64,000 nt of DNA. Source: a virus. Lineage: Duplodnaviria; Caudoviricetes. This document shows, piece by piece, positions 28,639 to 38,475 of this stretch. The translations under genes and the position numbers were made by a program. The notes below the pieces were generated by a model. It was given only the letters and a program-made list of their open reading frames with translations, was not told the origin of the DNA and made no database searches. Position 1 is the stretch's first letter; the number at the start of each line of letters is the position of its first letter. The DNA is taken from the IMG/VR virus record IMGVR_UViG_3300050159_000048; one strand, given 5' to 3'.

Positions 28639-28666
28639 AAAAAAGGGTGCCGAAGCACCCTTTTTT
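28639..28666 (-). terminator. Intrinsic terminator after tail tube gene
   Basis: AAAAAAGGGTGC-TTCG-GCACCCTTTTTT (cUUCGg loop). Confidence 0.9.
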
Positions 28667-28681
28667 CAATCACCGTAATGA

Positions 28682-29272
28682 TTAAATCTTACCTGCGCCG
28701 CCTGTGGCAATGCCCAGACCTTGATCGTAACCTCCAAGACTCTGACGAGCGTGGTCGAAACGAATCGTTAGGTTGATGTTCACAGCATCAGATGTGGAAG
28801 CGTAGTCCAGATCCGTCCAGTCAACTTCCTTCAGCCAGCAACCTTCCATCGTCCACTTTTCAACAACCTGATCACGGCCGTCGAGCATGTCGATGTAGGT
28901 AACGAACTTGTACAGCGAACCTTCGCCAGCTGCGCCCAACCATTGGCCTTCTGCACCAATCAACCACTGCTGCTTTTGCAGTTGAGCTTGAATGACGCGC
29001 GATGCTGCTGACGTAATGTCATCTTGAATCGTTAGGGACATTGGATCCCACGTATGCTTACCAGCAACCCATGCGGTTGAGTTGTAGCGATGCAATTCAA
29101 TTTCGCTCTTAGACAGCTTCGGGCGGGTAACAGTGATGGCTTGCATTGACACAGGGATGCTGTTTTCGCCGCCTCCCATGCCTGCAAATGTTACACGCCA
29201 GCGGTTCTTGTGCTTAGGATGCGCAATACCAGAGCCGACGCCAGGGATACCAAAATCATTAATTGTACTCAC
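28682..29272 (-). CDS. Tail tube protein (gp19-like)
   Basis: NRWRVTF, VTRPKL, AGKHTWDPMSL, WTMEGCW, LTIRFD; GTG start with AGGAG RBS. Confidence 0.88.
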   Translation of the reverse strand: MSTINDFGIPGVGSGIAHPKHKNRWRVTFAGMGGGENSIPVSMQAITVTRPKLSKSEIELHRYNSTAWVAGKHTWDPMSLTIQDDITSAASRVIQAQLQKQQWLIGAEGQWLGAAGEGSLYKFVTYIDMLDGRDQVVEKWTMEGCWLKEVDWTDLDYASTSDAVNINLTIRFDHARQSLGGYDQGLGIATGGAGKI

Positions 29273-29294
29273 GGTTGTTCTCCTTTTGTCTCTC

Positions 29295-29300
29295 TATTTA
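29295..29300 (-). promoter_or_regulatory. Late promoter TAAATA
   Basis: Overlaps the sheath stop codon, upstream of tube gene. Confidence 0.5.
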
Positions 29301-31274
29301 GATTTCCGTGCCTGTTGCAACAACGCGGATTGGGATGTAGATGAATTCAGCTGCGCGTACTGGCTTCAGTGCAATGTCGATGTACATCTCGTTGCGGTCG
29401 ATGCGGTCAGCAGTGTTGTTTGATTCATCACAAATCGTCGCAAAGTCGTAGAGGCCGCGCTTGGTGATCAGGTCACCAAGGAATCCGTCTACGGCAGCCT
29501 TCAGGTTGTCGCGAGTCAGTTGATCGTTTGGTTCAAACACAAACGGCATGGTGTTCTTGCGCAGTTGACGACGAACGTAGCCAAGCAGACGTTCAACGTT
29601 GATGCGGTCACGAGCCGAAGCAGCAGGCGCCGAGGTCTTTTGACCCCACACAATGATGCCACGACCTGGGAAGAACACGATCGGGTTAATGTTTGTGAAG
29701 TATTTGTACATGTTGTCACGCTGACCTTGGTTCAGAGCAACTGGTACAAATGTTGTAGCAGCACCCAATGTACCGGTGACGTAGCCAACGTCTGACAGAC
29801 CAGATACCAAGCCACGGCGAGTACCTGCTGGCGCAAACCACAGTTCCGACACATCGTCGCTGTATGTCAATGTGCGCAGAGCAATGCCCGAAGCTGCAAC
29901 GAATACGTTGGTGCCGTCGAGGTTGGACGCAAAGCCGTGTGGGTAGTAGTAAGCGATGCCAACGCCAGTACGACGTGCGGTAGTAGCTGCCCACGTGACC
30001 ACATCTTCAGGCGACAGGTTCATTGGTGTATCAGCAATCACAAATGCTTCGTCTTGGATGTCCGTGCGCAGGGCCAGCATTTCGTCAGCAACTTCGTGGT
30101 AGCCTGGGCACAGGATCAAGTTGTACTCATACGATTCAGAACGGATGTCAGTATTGCTGTTGACTGCTGCTTGAAGAGCATTGACAATTGCAACACGACG
30201 CGCCGCATCGTTAGCACCAAGACTTGTTTGGTCACGGAAGGTAATCGTGTACTTAAACTGGTCTCCCGATCCAAGTAGCAGGTTTGCTGCTTCTTGGGCA
30301 GTAAACTCCGTAGCTACAACACTACCTTGTCCACCGTTCACGAATGCTGCAGTGTCACCCTTAAAGCCTTTGAAAGCGCCAACAGCTGGTTGAGTGTAGC
30401 CGTTAGGATACATTGGTTGAGGGACAGCTGTCACATCGTCAGTGAAGCTAGCTTGTGAGTTGCGGAACGAGAACTTCTGCCAAACAGCCGTAGTAGCGGT
30501 TGCTGCCAGTGATTCAACTGTGGCTTTAGCAACGGTTGACTTGTATCCTGTGATAGTTGCAACAGTTAGTTGGAAGCCCGTACCGCCAGTCAGAGCTGCA
30601 GCGGTCAGGATGTTGCCAACTTGATAGCCGGTGCCACGCATCGTAGGTGTGATCGAAGCGCTTGTAACAGTTCCGCCTGCGCCAACAACAATCGTTGCCG
30701 TTGCGCCAGTACCTGTACCACCAGACAACACGACGTTGGTGTATGTGCCAGGTGTGTAACCCGTACCAGCCGTAACCGTGACAGTGTTGACGAGACCAAC
30801 GCTACTGACGACGAAGCCGTTAGATAGGTTGTATTCGTTCAAATACGAGTTGATTAGGTTTTCCAGAACGTAGCTGGATTCCTGCATCTTCGTATCCCAC
30901 ATCGTGCGGATACTTGCTAGGTCATCGTCTAGGTTCACGTTGGCGCGGACTACGTATGCGTAGCTACCAACACCAAGGAACTGGTTCAATGCGAATAGAC
31001 CGTATTCGTTACGAGCATCGCCGTGGAACTGACTGCCTGTGGAGTCTTTACGGAACTTCGGAACGCCGTACAGTTCTGTGCTTTGCTTCAACGACGTGAC
31101 CGTACGAATGACGTTGCTTTCAAATGTGCCGGCAGCGTCGGTGACGCCGTCTGCACGCTTCTTCTCATCTGCTGTAGCGATGAAGATTAGAGGTACTGTG
31201 GCCGCAGCCGCAGGGATGAAAAACGATTCATCTGTAACGGTTACGCTTACGCCAGCACTTACGAGGTTTGCCAT
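29298..31274 (-). CDS. Tail sheath protein (gp18-like)
   Basis: LVSAGVSV, WFAPAG..RG, INPI..F, WGQKT, RINVERL, DESNNT..RID, IDIALKP..AAEFI. Confidence 0.95.
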   Translation of the reverse strand: MANLVSAGVSVTVTDESFFIPAAAATVPLIFIATADEKKRADGVTDAAGTFESNVIRTVTSLKQSTELYGVPKFRKDSTGSQFHGDARNEYGLFALNQFLGVGSYAYVVRANVNLDDDLASIRTMWDTKMQESSYVLENLINSYLNEYNLSNGFVVSSVGLVNTVTVTAGTGYTPGTYTNVVLSGGTGTGATATIVVGAGGTVTSASITPTMRGTGYQVGNILTAAALTGGTGFQLTVATITGYKSTVAKATVESLAATATTAVWQKFSFRNSQASFTDDVTAVPQPMYPNGYTQPAVGAFKGFKGDTAAFVNGGQGSVVATEFTAQEAANLLLGSGDQFKYTITFRDQTSLGANDAARRVAIVNALQAAVNSNTDIRSESYEYNLILCPGYHEVADEMLALRTDIQDEAFVIADTPMNLSPEDVVTWAATTARRTGVGIAYYYPHGFASNLDGTNVFVAASGIALRTLTYSDDVSELWFAPAGTRRGLVSGLSDVGYVTGTLGAATTFVPVALNQGQRDNMYKYFTNINPIVFFPGRGIIVWGQKTSAPAASARDRINVERLLGYVRRQLRKNTMPFVFEPNDQLTRDNLKAAVDGFLGDLITKRGLYDFATICDESNNTADRIDRNEMYIDIALKPVRAAEFIYIPIRVVATGTEI

Positions 31275-31306
31275 GTGTGACTCCTAGGGAAATCAAATTA
31301 TGGCAT

Positions 31307-31313
31307 TATTTAT
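31307..31313 (-). promoter_or_regulatory. Late promoter ATAAATA
   Basis: gATAAATA upstream of sheath; TGCCAT/ATGGCA 6-bp pairing with the start region. Confidence 0.65.
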
Positions 31314-31338
31314 CGTGGTGTCCCTCAATTTTCCAAAT

Positions 31339-32106
31339 TTACATGGGCGGAAGGTCGCCGATGTCTGCGATCTTTTCGTACGGGATACCTTGAGCATCAA
31401 GTTCATCCAACATTTCGTAGTTTGTTGATGCACTGGTACCAACAGCACCAATACGTAGAAACACCTTCTCAACGAAGTTACGACGGACATCAGCAGGAGT
31501 GTCAATCCAAATTGGAATTTCAAAATTCAACGTACTCTGGATGATTCGACGGTCTTGTCCCACAGGATACGGAGTATCATTGTTGATGCCTTTTAGCAGT
31601 ACATGAGTTAGCCGAGTCATATCAAACACACCGTCAGATGTTTGAATTACCAGCTGTGGATCGAAGATTGGTAAGATTTGTTCCAGGATTTGAAAGTGTT
31701 GCTCAGAATTGCTTGAGTAGATTGACAGGTCAACATCAATCGTGTACGGCATTGGTTTGCGCTGATACACTACCCTGATGTCATCTGGTGCCAATCCACC
31801 AACTGGAACGTATGCTTGCCGGCGTTCTACCCCAATGCCAACCATTCGTGCTGGATCCATATTGATCCCACGTAGGTACGCACTCATGACAGGGAGCCGT
31901 AACGGCTTGTTTGCTGTATTGTCAGTCATGATTGCTGCAACTACACGGTCCTGGGCTCCGTAGTGAATTGGTACTTCAATCAACCGCTCATCCACAGTAC
32001 CCCACTTACCAATCTGCACCTGCAAGCCGGTGAAGATTGCCATGAATTGAAGGATGTAGCTGCGTAGCTGCGCATCATAGTAGTAGCCGTCTGCTTGGTA
32101 TGCCAT
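31339..32106 (-). CDS. Tail terminator/sheath stabiliser (gp15-like)
   Basis: YYYDAQLR.YI.QF..IF, VPI.YG, LP.MS, PYTI..DL.I, QILEQILP.F.P. Confidence 0.85.
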   Translation of the reverse strand: MAYQADGYYYDAQLRSYILQFMAIFTGLQVQIGKWGTVDERLIEVPIHYGAQDRVVAAIMTDNTANKPLRLPVMSAYLRGINMDPARMVGIGVERRQAYVPVGGLAPDDIRVVYQRKPMPYTIDVDLSIYSSNSEQHFQILEQILPIFDPQLVIQTSDGVFDMTRLTHVLLKGINNDTPYPVGQDRRIIQSTLNFEIPIWIDTPADVRRNFVEKVFLRIGAVGTSASTNYEMLDELDAQGIPYEKIADIGDLPPM

Positions 32107-33659
32107 TATCGAATATTCCTTGCTGGTATCTTAGCTGGATTAGTTGTGTACTCTTCCAGATTGTTCTTCATTGTGTTGTACTGTTCGCGGCGGTCTGTCT
32201 CCAGATAGATCCAACGATTCTTAGTCGCTGAATAACGGTACAGGCGGGTTGGTACGTCCTTGGCAGTACCTTCGTACGTCAACCGGTGGTGATCACCATC
32301 GTTTGCGTTAGCCACATCAGGCAGCACAGGTCCTTCCGTGAACGGAGCGCCGTTTTGAGGAATGCCGTCCTCGACAAACAGTCCCGTCTTGTTAAAGTTC
32401 ATCTTGCGGATGTGAGGGAATCCTGACGCCTTAGCGGTATTTAATTCCTCATCAGTGAACTCACGTATGGTGTTCGATCCCTCGCTGCCGTATTCAGGCA
32501 CTGCCGTCTTTGCATCAGCTGCAATATTGTGCGTGATGACGGAGAAGTCTTGATACTCCGCACCCTTCTTGTTGGAAGTGGCAAACAGGTCGGAATTGTC
32601 TACCATGGTGCGCAGATCACCGAAGATGTCCTGTGTTTCTTGCGATGCGAGAGCTTGTTTTGCTGTAATTGCTAGAATAGTTGGTGTCCACCCCGGGGTA
32701 TATGACGAAGAATCCCACGTCACGTCCGTCACTTCAAGGAAGCGTTTTACTTCACGCAAGTCTGGAGTATATTGCGCTTCGCTCGGCAGCTCAATGATGT
32801 CACCAATGATAACAGGTCGACCTAGCTTCTCGATACAATGTCCAAAGTTCAGTTTGATTGTGTATGTGTCTTGCCACGCTGCACCAAACTGACCAAGATC
32901 CATCATCGGAGCGACAATGTCGTAAAACCCACGGCAGGCAATTGCGGGCTGTGAATAGTCACGATCCCGATTCTCCATCAGGATTTTGTCTTGGATGTTG
33001 TCAAACTTTGTGGCCTCATATTCCATGAGCTCCAGGGCTTGAACGCCCCACGCATCACATTGACCTCCAACGAATCCAATCGGACGAAGCCTCCAGTACC
33101 GATTGGGCGCGGAGCTTTTGAATGTAACTGTGTTTAACACATCATCATTCGGCAGGTCAACCACGGCAACGCCGTACCATTGGACGTTGTCGTCAGATCG
33201 CTCTATGCGGACTTTGGCAACGCGGAGTAGAGGGTTTGCACTCTGTTTGATCTTCATAGATGCGATATGCACACGAACATTGGCGTCAACACCATATCGA
33301 CGACGACCGTTAGCAATCTTCACCTCACCGAAGTCGTATCCAATGTATGCTGATGCGCTGATTGCCTGTGTGCCAGTTTGACGTGACCGCCATTCATTTG
33401 CAGTGGTGGTGAATGCGTTTGCTGCTGGGTAGTTGGGGGCATCCCCACCCGACAGTGCCTTGCCGTTTCCTGCCAAGTCGACCAAGCGCTGTTGTTCGTG
33501 AATGCCGAGTAATTTATGGACATTAATCGTTGCACCAGCAATGTTTAGCGATTCTTGTTGCAACAAACTTGCATACGTATCAGTACGGCCCTGGGCAGAG
33601 AAGTCCCAGGGCTGACATACGTTAGGCGTCTTGCATTTTAGGGTTGGGTTTGTTGCCAT
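32106..33659 (-). CDS. Neck protein gp14-like with discoidin/F5-8-like insertion
   Basis: NIAGA..VHK N-terminus, insertion with NRYWRL, ILMENRDRDY, IGDIIELP. Confidence 0.75.
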   Translation of the reverse strand: MATNPTLKCKTPNVCQPWDFSAQGRTDTYASLLQQESLNIAGATINVHKLLGIHEQQRLVDLAGNGKALSGGDAPNYPAANAFTTTANEWRSRQTGTQAISASAYIGYDFGEVKIANGRRRYGVDANVRVHIASMKIKQSANPLLRVAKVRIERSDDNVQWYGVAVVDLPNDDVLNTVTFKSSAPNRYWRLRPIGFVGGQCDAWGVQALELMEYEATKFDNIQDKILMENRDRDYSQPAIACRGFYDIVAPMMDLGQFGAAWQDTYTIKLNFGHCIEKLGRPVIIGDIIELPSEAQYTPDLREVKRFLEVTDVTWDSSSYTPGWTPTILAITAKQALASQETQDIFGDLRTMVDNSDLFATSNKKGAEYQDFSVITHNIAADAKTAVPEYGSEGSNTIREFTDEELNTAKASGFPHIRKMNFNKTGLFVEDGIPQNGAPFTEGPVLPDVANANDGDHHRLTYEGTAKDVPTRLYRYSATKNRWIYLETDRREQYNTMKNNLEEYTTNPAKIPARNIR

Positions 33660-33665
33660 TGTAGA

Positions 33666-36641
33666 TTATCCAAATACGAAGTGTGCACCCATGCCGTACT
33701 CATCCGGCTTATCGGCGATGTAGTCATCAATTTCCTGCAGACAAGCTTCAATTTCTTGCTGAGCAGCTTGACGCAATTCACCTGCGTTGAGTGTAATTGA
33801 GCCACCCGCTCCAGGGAGTGTAGAGAACTTGCCGCGCGTTTCTGCAAGCATCAAACGGCACATAGCAGCCGCATAGCGACGAATCCACGGATTGGCGTAA
33901 CGATCCGACATAATGTCTTGCTCCGTCCGCTCAATCGTTGCTTCAATTGCAACCATCTGCTCAGCCATGCTGAAGCGGTGGTGCAGGAACAATTCACGTG
34001 TTTGCTCATTCCATGTGTAGGTTACGCGTCCAGCAAATAGAATTTCCATCAACTTGGTGTATTCGCCCATCAAGTGGTAGCTCAATAGGTCAAAAGTGCC
34101 CATGTTGTACATATGTTGCATCACAATCTGGCCGTAAACGCCGGCGCCGTGTGCTGACGACAAGAATGAAGACGTTAAGCGGTACACGCCCAGCACATCA
34201 ACAATCTTGTTCATGTCTGATATTTTGTTGGTCAGGAAGAACTTCTGCTCATTCGCCTTGATGCTCATGAAGAAAAATCCGCGCTTGTACGCAACGCCGG
34301 AACGCATGCGCAGCTCACGAAGGGCTCGTGAGATTGCGTAATCCATCTGCTCCTTTGTGATTTCAACGTCAACATTTGGATAGCCTAATTCGTACCGAAT
34401 ATCCATGCCAATCTGCTCACGCATTGCCACTGAGCCGTCAGTACCAATGCCCATTTCCATGTACGTTGGTGTACTGGATGCCCCGTCCGTACCTGGAGAC
34501 AAGTCTCCAAGCGTTGGTGGAGTTGTCATTGAGCTGAATAGGTCGCCGTCCTTAATGCGAACCATGGAGGTGCTGCCAACCGTGTTGTCGGTGAACAGAA
34601 GATTGCCGTTGCAATCCAGTTCAACTGTAGCTGGCGGTGTCGCAGCTACCCACGCTGTTCCGTTCCATTGCTTCAGAATATTCGTAGTGGTGTCATACCA
34701 CATCGCGCCCTTGACTGGTGGTTGTGGGGTAGCGTTGTATACTACGGCTTGCCACGCCGCCCCGTTCCATTGCTGAAGGGCGTTGAATGGAGTGTTGTAC
34801 CAGAATGTGCCAATAGGCATCAAAGCTGGGTCTGTTGTAAATGCGACTGGCGTAATTGGAGACCATCCAGATACCGTACGTACGTGCCACACATTGCCGT
34901 TGTACCAAACGGAACCAACTGTTACCGCAGTTCGTGGATCAGTCGGCGAGGTGATTACAGCCTGCTCCGCAAAGCAGTTGTTACCGTAAATGTACAGCTT
35001 GCCTGTATCCGTGTCAATCCAAGCGGAACCATCCGCGAACGTTGGTGCCAATGCGGGATCGTTTGGTTGGTCTACAAAGTTTGTTACAGCAACCCACGAA
35101 TTTTGTAGTTGATCCCACACAAATAGGATGCCGGCTACGGTATTCCACCACGCATCGCACGAACCTCGCACGGTAGGATCATTTGGGAACGTAATAACGT
35201 CGTTCTCATTCCAGGATGTGTTGCTTGCATCGCGGATGTAGAGGTTTTCCGTGATCGGATTGTACCAAATCTTGCCCGGTGCAGGCGTAGACGGCTCAAC
35301 CTCACGAATGGAAACCCCAGAAACAACATTCCATCCAGCATTAGGAATGCCTAACTGCTTCAGGGTATTCGTGGACGAATCAAACCAGAATGCTCCTGGC
35401 TGTAGTTGTGTTGGGTTGACGTCCGATTCCATGAATTCGGCTGCATTCCACATCTCAAGCGCGGAATTCCAACGGTACAACCGGTTCAGTACTGTGTTAT
35501 ACCAAAACGACCCACCAACAGGAGCAACAGCAAGCGAAGGGTCTGTAGCTTGGACTGTGGTGCTAATTGAGCACCACGCGTAACCATTCCATAGATGAAC
35601 TACCGTACCGTCATACCAATACGACTTGTCCGCAGCAGGTGCGGCAGGGTCGAGTGGATTGTTGTATACCGTAACTATTACCCAAGCGTTCGTTTGCCAT
35701 ACTTGCAGCACGTTTGTGGTCGGATTAAACCAATACGTGCCGTCGGCAACAATATTTGGTTGGGATATGCCGACCAAACACGCAATCTCAGTGTACGATG
35801 TGCCATTCCACTGGAACAGTTTTGATTGTTGGGAGTTCCAGTAATAATGATTTGTGCCAGGCGATGTAGGACCTTGTGGAGCATTACCGATCAACGCTAG
35901 CTGTTTGTTGATTTCTGCAACCAGCGATTGGTAATCTTGAGCATTTGCGCTTGCGACATTAATGGTATACGTTGGCGCAACGAGATTACATTCGCCAACG
36001 TAGAGAGGACGAAGTGGCTTGGGATCTACTCCAAGCTGAATCGTGAAATTGTATATCGCTGGCTGTGGCTGTGCAGGAGGCAGAGGTGACGTTAGTAGCG
36101 GTAGTCCTGTGGAATCTGTAGGCTGCACGCCCGTGGGAATTGTCGTGGGCTTTAGGAATGCGATTTGAGTACCGCGTGTACCGTCCGTGCCGCGGTTAAC
36201 AAACTCAGTTGAATAAGCGTGAACGCCCTCCACAAAGTACCGGTGTTGGCAGTCAGCGGGGTATCCAGCCACAAAGTACGCTGTATTTGGCAGCAACCCA
36301 GTAATGTCCAGCATAGTGGTGACGCGGTCACCATAGAATGCGCCAACAACATAAGCATCACCGATTTTATCACCTGCGAACAGGTTGGAGTCTCCAGTGG
36401 GGTCGGAGCTGTATACCGTGCCGTTCTTTGGGGACGTTGAGGCGGACGCAGGAGTAGTGTTCAGCGTGAGAACAATACCACAATATGCTTGAGTTTCAGC
36501 ATCGCAGCCCGCAGCAGGGGCTGGAATGTTCCAACTAATACGTCCAGTATTTGGACCCGTTCGGTCAAACTTGATTGTAACATTTAACGCCTCTGAACGC
36601 AAGATTCCTGGCGCGGATAGTTGGATGTCGTAAGTGCTCAT
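33666..36641 (-). CDS. Neck protein gp13-like with ~740 aa N-terminal extension
   Basis: C-terminal ELGYP.VDVEIT.EQ...A, WI..YA.A..R.ML...RGKF..LPG.GG..TLN; many G.xW[YF] repeats. Confidence 0.8.
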   Translation of the reverse strand: MSTYDIQLSAPGILRSEALNVTIKFDRTGPNTGRISWNIPAPAAGCDAETQAYCGIVLTLNTTPASASTSPKNGTVYSSDPTGDSNLFAGDKIGDAYVVGAFYGDRVTTMLDITGLLPNTAYFVAGYPADCQHRYFVEGVHAYSTEFVNRGTDGTRGTQIAFLKPTTIPTGVQPTDSTGLPLLTSPLPPAQPQPAIYNFTIQLGVDPKPLRPLYVGECNLVAPTYTINVASANAQDYQSLVAEINKQLALIGNAPQGPTSPGTNHYYWNSQQSKLFQWNGTSYTEIACLVGISQPNIVADGTYWFNPTTNVLQVWQTNAWVIVTVYNNPLDPAAPAADKSYWYDGTVVHLWNGYAWCSISTTVQATDPSLAVAPVGGSFWYNTVLNRLYRWNSALEMWNAAEFMESDVNPTQLQPGAFWFDSSTNTLKQLGIPNAGWNVVSGVSIREVEPSTPAPGKIWYNPITENLYIRDASNTSWNENDVITFPNDPTVRGSCDAWWNTVAGILFVWDQLQNSWVAVTNFVDQPNDPALAPTFADGSAWIDTDTGKLYIYGNNCFAEQAVITSPTDPRTAVTVGSVWYNGNVWHVRTVSGWSPITPVAFTTDPALMPIGTFWYNTPFNALQQWNGAAWQAVVYNATPQPPVKGAMWYDTTTNILKQWNGTAWVAATPPATVELDCNGNLLFTDNTVGSTSMVRIKDGDLFSSMTTPPTLGDLSPGTDGASSTPTYMEMGIGTDGSVAMREQIGMDIRYELGYPNVDVEITKEQMDYAISRALRELRMRSGVAYKRGFFFMSIKANEQKFFLTNKISDMNKIVDVLGVYRLTSSFLSSAHGAGVYGQIVMQHMYNMGTFDLLSYHLMGEYTKLMEILFAGRVTYTWNEQTRELFLHHRFSMAEQMVAIEATIERTEQDIMSDRYANPWIRRYAAAMCRLMLAETRGKFSTLPGAGGSITLNAGELRQAAQQEIEACLQEIDDYIADKPDEYGMGAHFVFG

Positions 36642-36673
36642 ACTGAGATTTCCTCGTTATGAGCGTTATTTAT
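36636..36673 (-). promoter_or_regulatory. Late promoter ATAAATA (36667-36673) with ATG-pairing hairpin
   Basis: Minus: ATAAATAac GCTCATA acgaggaaatctcag TATGAGC. Confidence 0.65.
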
Positions 36674-36687
36674 GGGCTGAGAATAAA

Positions 36688-36715
36688 AAGAAAGCCGGCA
36701 TATGCCGGCTTTCTT
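36688..36715 (-). terminator. Intrinsic terminator
   Basis: AAGAAAGCCGGCA/TGCCGGCTTTCTT inverted repeat. Confidence 0.8.
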
Positions 36716-36722
36716 GAGCGTA

Positions 36723-37391
36723 TTACGTGTATTCGTTTTCGTCGATAGGCTCTTCAGCCAAGATTGCGAGCAGCAGCTCGTGTGGTTTGCGACGCTTGCG
36801 CTTGGACGATCGTTCATTGAGGATGGCTTGGTCTTTTGCAGCGATCAAACCACGCACGCGCTGGTGTGCTTCCAGGGCTTGTTCCAGTGTCCCATAATCA
36901 GTACACTGATCCACCATTTCGCACAGTTCCGTCACCATAGCGTCGGCGATGTCAATCATCATGCGGTGATCAAACTTGTAAAACAATTGAGTCACTGGCT
37001 CAATTACCAGATGGTACATTGGAAGATTGCGACGCCGCTGGAGAGCTTGGTCACGGTCGTCAAGTCCTGACAGCAGATATGTGGCCATCAGTTTCAGGAC
37101 TTCTTTCGGGGCATTGTATGGAGTGTCTTGGTATTTCTGCTTACCAACCATCTCTGATGTTGATTTGAAGGCATCCGCTACACTACGCAGAGCTGCCTTC
37201 AAATCACCCTCATCGGTGATCCACCTTAGCTGAAGCGGGTCAGGAGAATAGAACATTCCCAGTAGTCGAATATAGGTACTGATGCCACTCCGAATCGGAG
37301 CGAGTTCTTGTTCGGTAAACATCAACGAAAGTACTGCCATGTGGTCTCCTAAAACCAAGTCGCTAGAAGTTAGTGAGTCGCTCATCCGCAT
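36723..37391 (-). CDS. Hypothetical protein, probably early
   Basis: 222 aa ORF between two terminators. Confidence 0.65.
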   Translation of the reverse strand: MRMSDSLTSSDLVLGDHMAVLSLMFTEQELAPIRSGISTYIRLLGMFYSPDPLQLRWITDEGDLKAALRSVADAFKSTSEMVGKQKYQDTPYNAPKEVLKLMATYLLSGLDDRDQALQRRRNLPMYHLVIEPVTQLFYKFDHRMMIDIADAMVTELCEMVDQCTDYGTLEQALEAHQRVRGLIAAKDQAILNERSSKRKRRKPHELLLAILAEEPIDENEYT

Positions 37392-37409
37392 GAATCGTCA
37401 CACACTTCA

Positions 37410-37439
37410 AAAATAGAATGAGCGAATTGTATTCGTCAA
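37410..37439 (-). promoter_or_regulatory. Weak candidate sigma70 promoter
   Basis: TTGACG-N18-TATTTT just past the terminator. Confidence 0.4.
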
Positions 37440-37443
37440 AAGG

Positions 37444-37467
37444 AAAAGGAGGCAACAGCCTCCTTTT
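37444..37467 (-). terminator. Intrinsic terminator
   Basis: AAAAGGAGGC-loop-GCCTCCTTTT. Confidence 0.8.
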
Positions 37468-37485
37468 GATATTCGGGTATTTGGG

Positions 37486-38040
37486 TTACATTCGTGATTG
37501 TCTCATCGCGGAATCCACCTTTTGTTGTAGTGTTCGAGCTCGTTTTGCGAGTTGTTCACCTTGAGGAGATCGCATGTCAACTGACTTGGTGTACTTTTGG
37601 ATCATATCCGCGTACATTTGTTGAATGTTTGGATACCGAGAGCCGTGTTGAGCAATGATGCGCACAGCGTCCGTGACAAGTCCGTCTGGTGCTACACTAG
37701 CTTTTAGTAGCACGTTGAGAGTGTTGGATTTTTTGATTGGGTCGTTTGAGTTGGGCAGTTGGAACGACAGAGCGTGGATTCCAGCAAGAAAAGACGCTAC
37801 AGAGTTCAAATGCATCAATTTAATTGGTTCGCCTTTTTCGGCTGTAGTCGCAATGTTTGCGAGAACGTGCGTCGCAGCTTCCGATAGCTGGTGGGCATCT
37901 TCTGCTAAACGAGCCAGCCCTGCTTGTATTGCTTCTTGTTCTTCAGCTTCGCGCTTGATTGCCAGCGCTGTTGCTGGGATTAGCTTGAGCTTTGGTGCGT
38001 CACGACGTTGTTTTACAACGTCAGCAAGTTTTGTGTCCAT
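37486..38040 (-). CDS. Hypothetical late protein
   Basis: 184 aa helical ORF, GGAG RBS. Confidence 0.7.
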   Translation of the reverse strand: MDTKLADVVKQRRDAPKLKLIPATALAIKREAEEQEAIQAGLARLAEDAHQLSEAATHVLANIATTAEKGEPIKLMHLNSVASFLAGIHALSFQLPNSNDPIKKSNTLNVLLKASVAPDGLVTDAVRIIAQHGSRYPNIQQMYADMIQKYTKSVDMRSPQGEQLAKRARTLQQKVDSAMRQSRM

Positions 38041-38374
38041 GATTTTCTCCAGGTCCTGCGTGTCTTGCCAGCCATTTTGTTAGCTTACTGCCTGACCAGA
38101 ACGTAGAACACACTTCACCTTCGTCAATCCCTTTAACCCCGTCAAATGTGATTGATTTTGGTGTGGGATCGTCAACATTATCATACTGCCATTCAACAAT
38201 TATCTTGTTCTTGGGCTTGAGACCAACTAATTGTTTCTCTTCTTCCGTCTCACCGATTGTGAGGGAGCAGTATTTCTTGACACTGTATTCTACGATTGCC
38301 ACAGGAGTGTTCTCGATAGCTTTCAGCAGTTGTTCCTTGCTAGCGAGGTATTGCTTAAATGTTAGTACGCCCAT
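38021..38374 (-). CDS. Hypothetical late protein
   Basis: 117 aa; starts MGVLTFKQYL. Confidence 0.7.
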   Translation of the reverse strand: MGVLTFKQYLASKEQLLKAIENTPVAIVEYSVKKYCSLTIGETEEEKQLVGLKPKNKIIVEWQYDNVDDPTPKSITFDGVKGIDEGEVCSTFWSGSKLTKWLARHAGPGENHGHKTC

Positions 38375-38405
38375 ATACTCACAAACTTAGGTAAATGATG
38401 AGGGA

Positions 38406-38412
38406 TATTTAT
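38406..38412 (-). promoter_or_regulatory. Late promoter ATAAATA
   Basis: cATAAATA after capsid terminator. Confidence 0.65.
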
Positions 38413-38434
38413 GTGGGGTGTGTAACCGGCAATA

Positions 38435-38460
38435 AAAAAGCCCGCCGAAGCGGGCTTTTT
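38435..38460 (-). terminator. Intrinsic terminator after major capsid gene
   Basis: AAAAAGCCCGC-TTCG-GCGGGCTTTTT. Confidence 0.9.
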
Positions 38461-38475
38461 GAGTGCTTGATGTGA

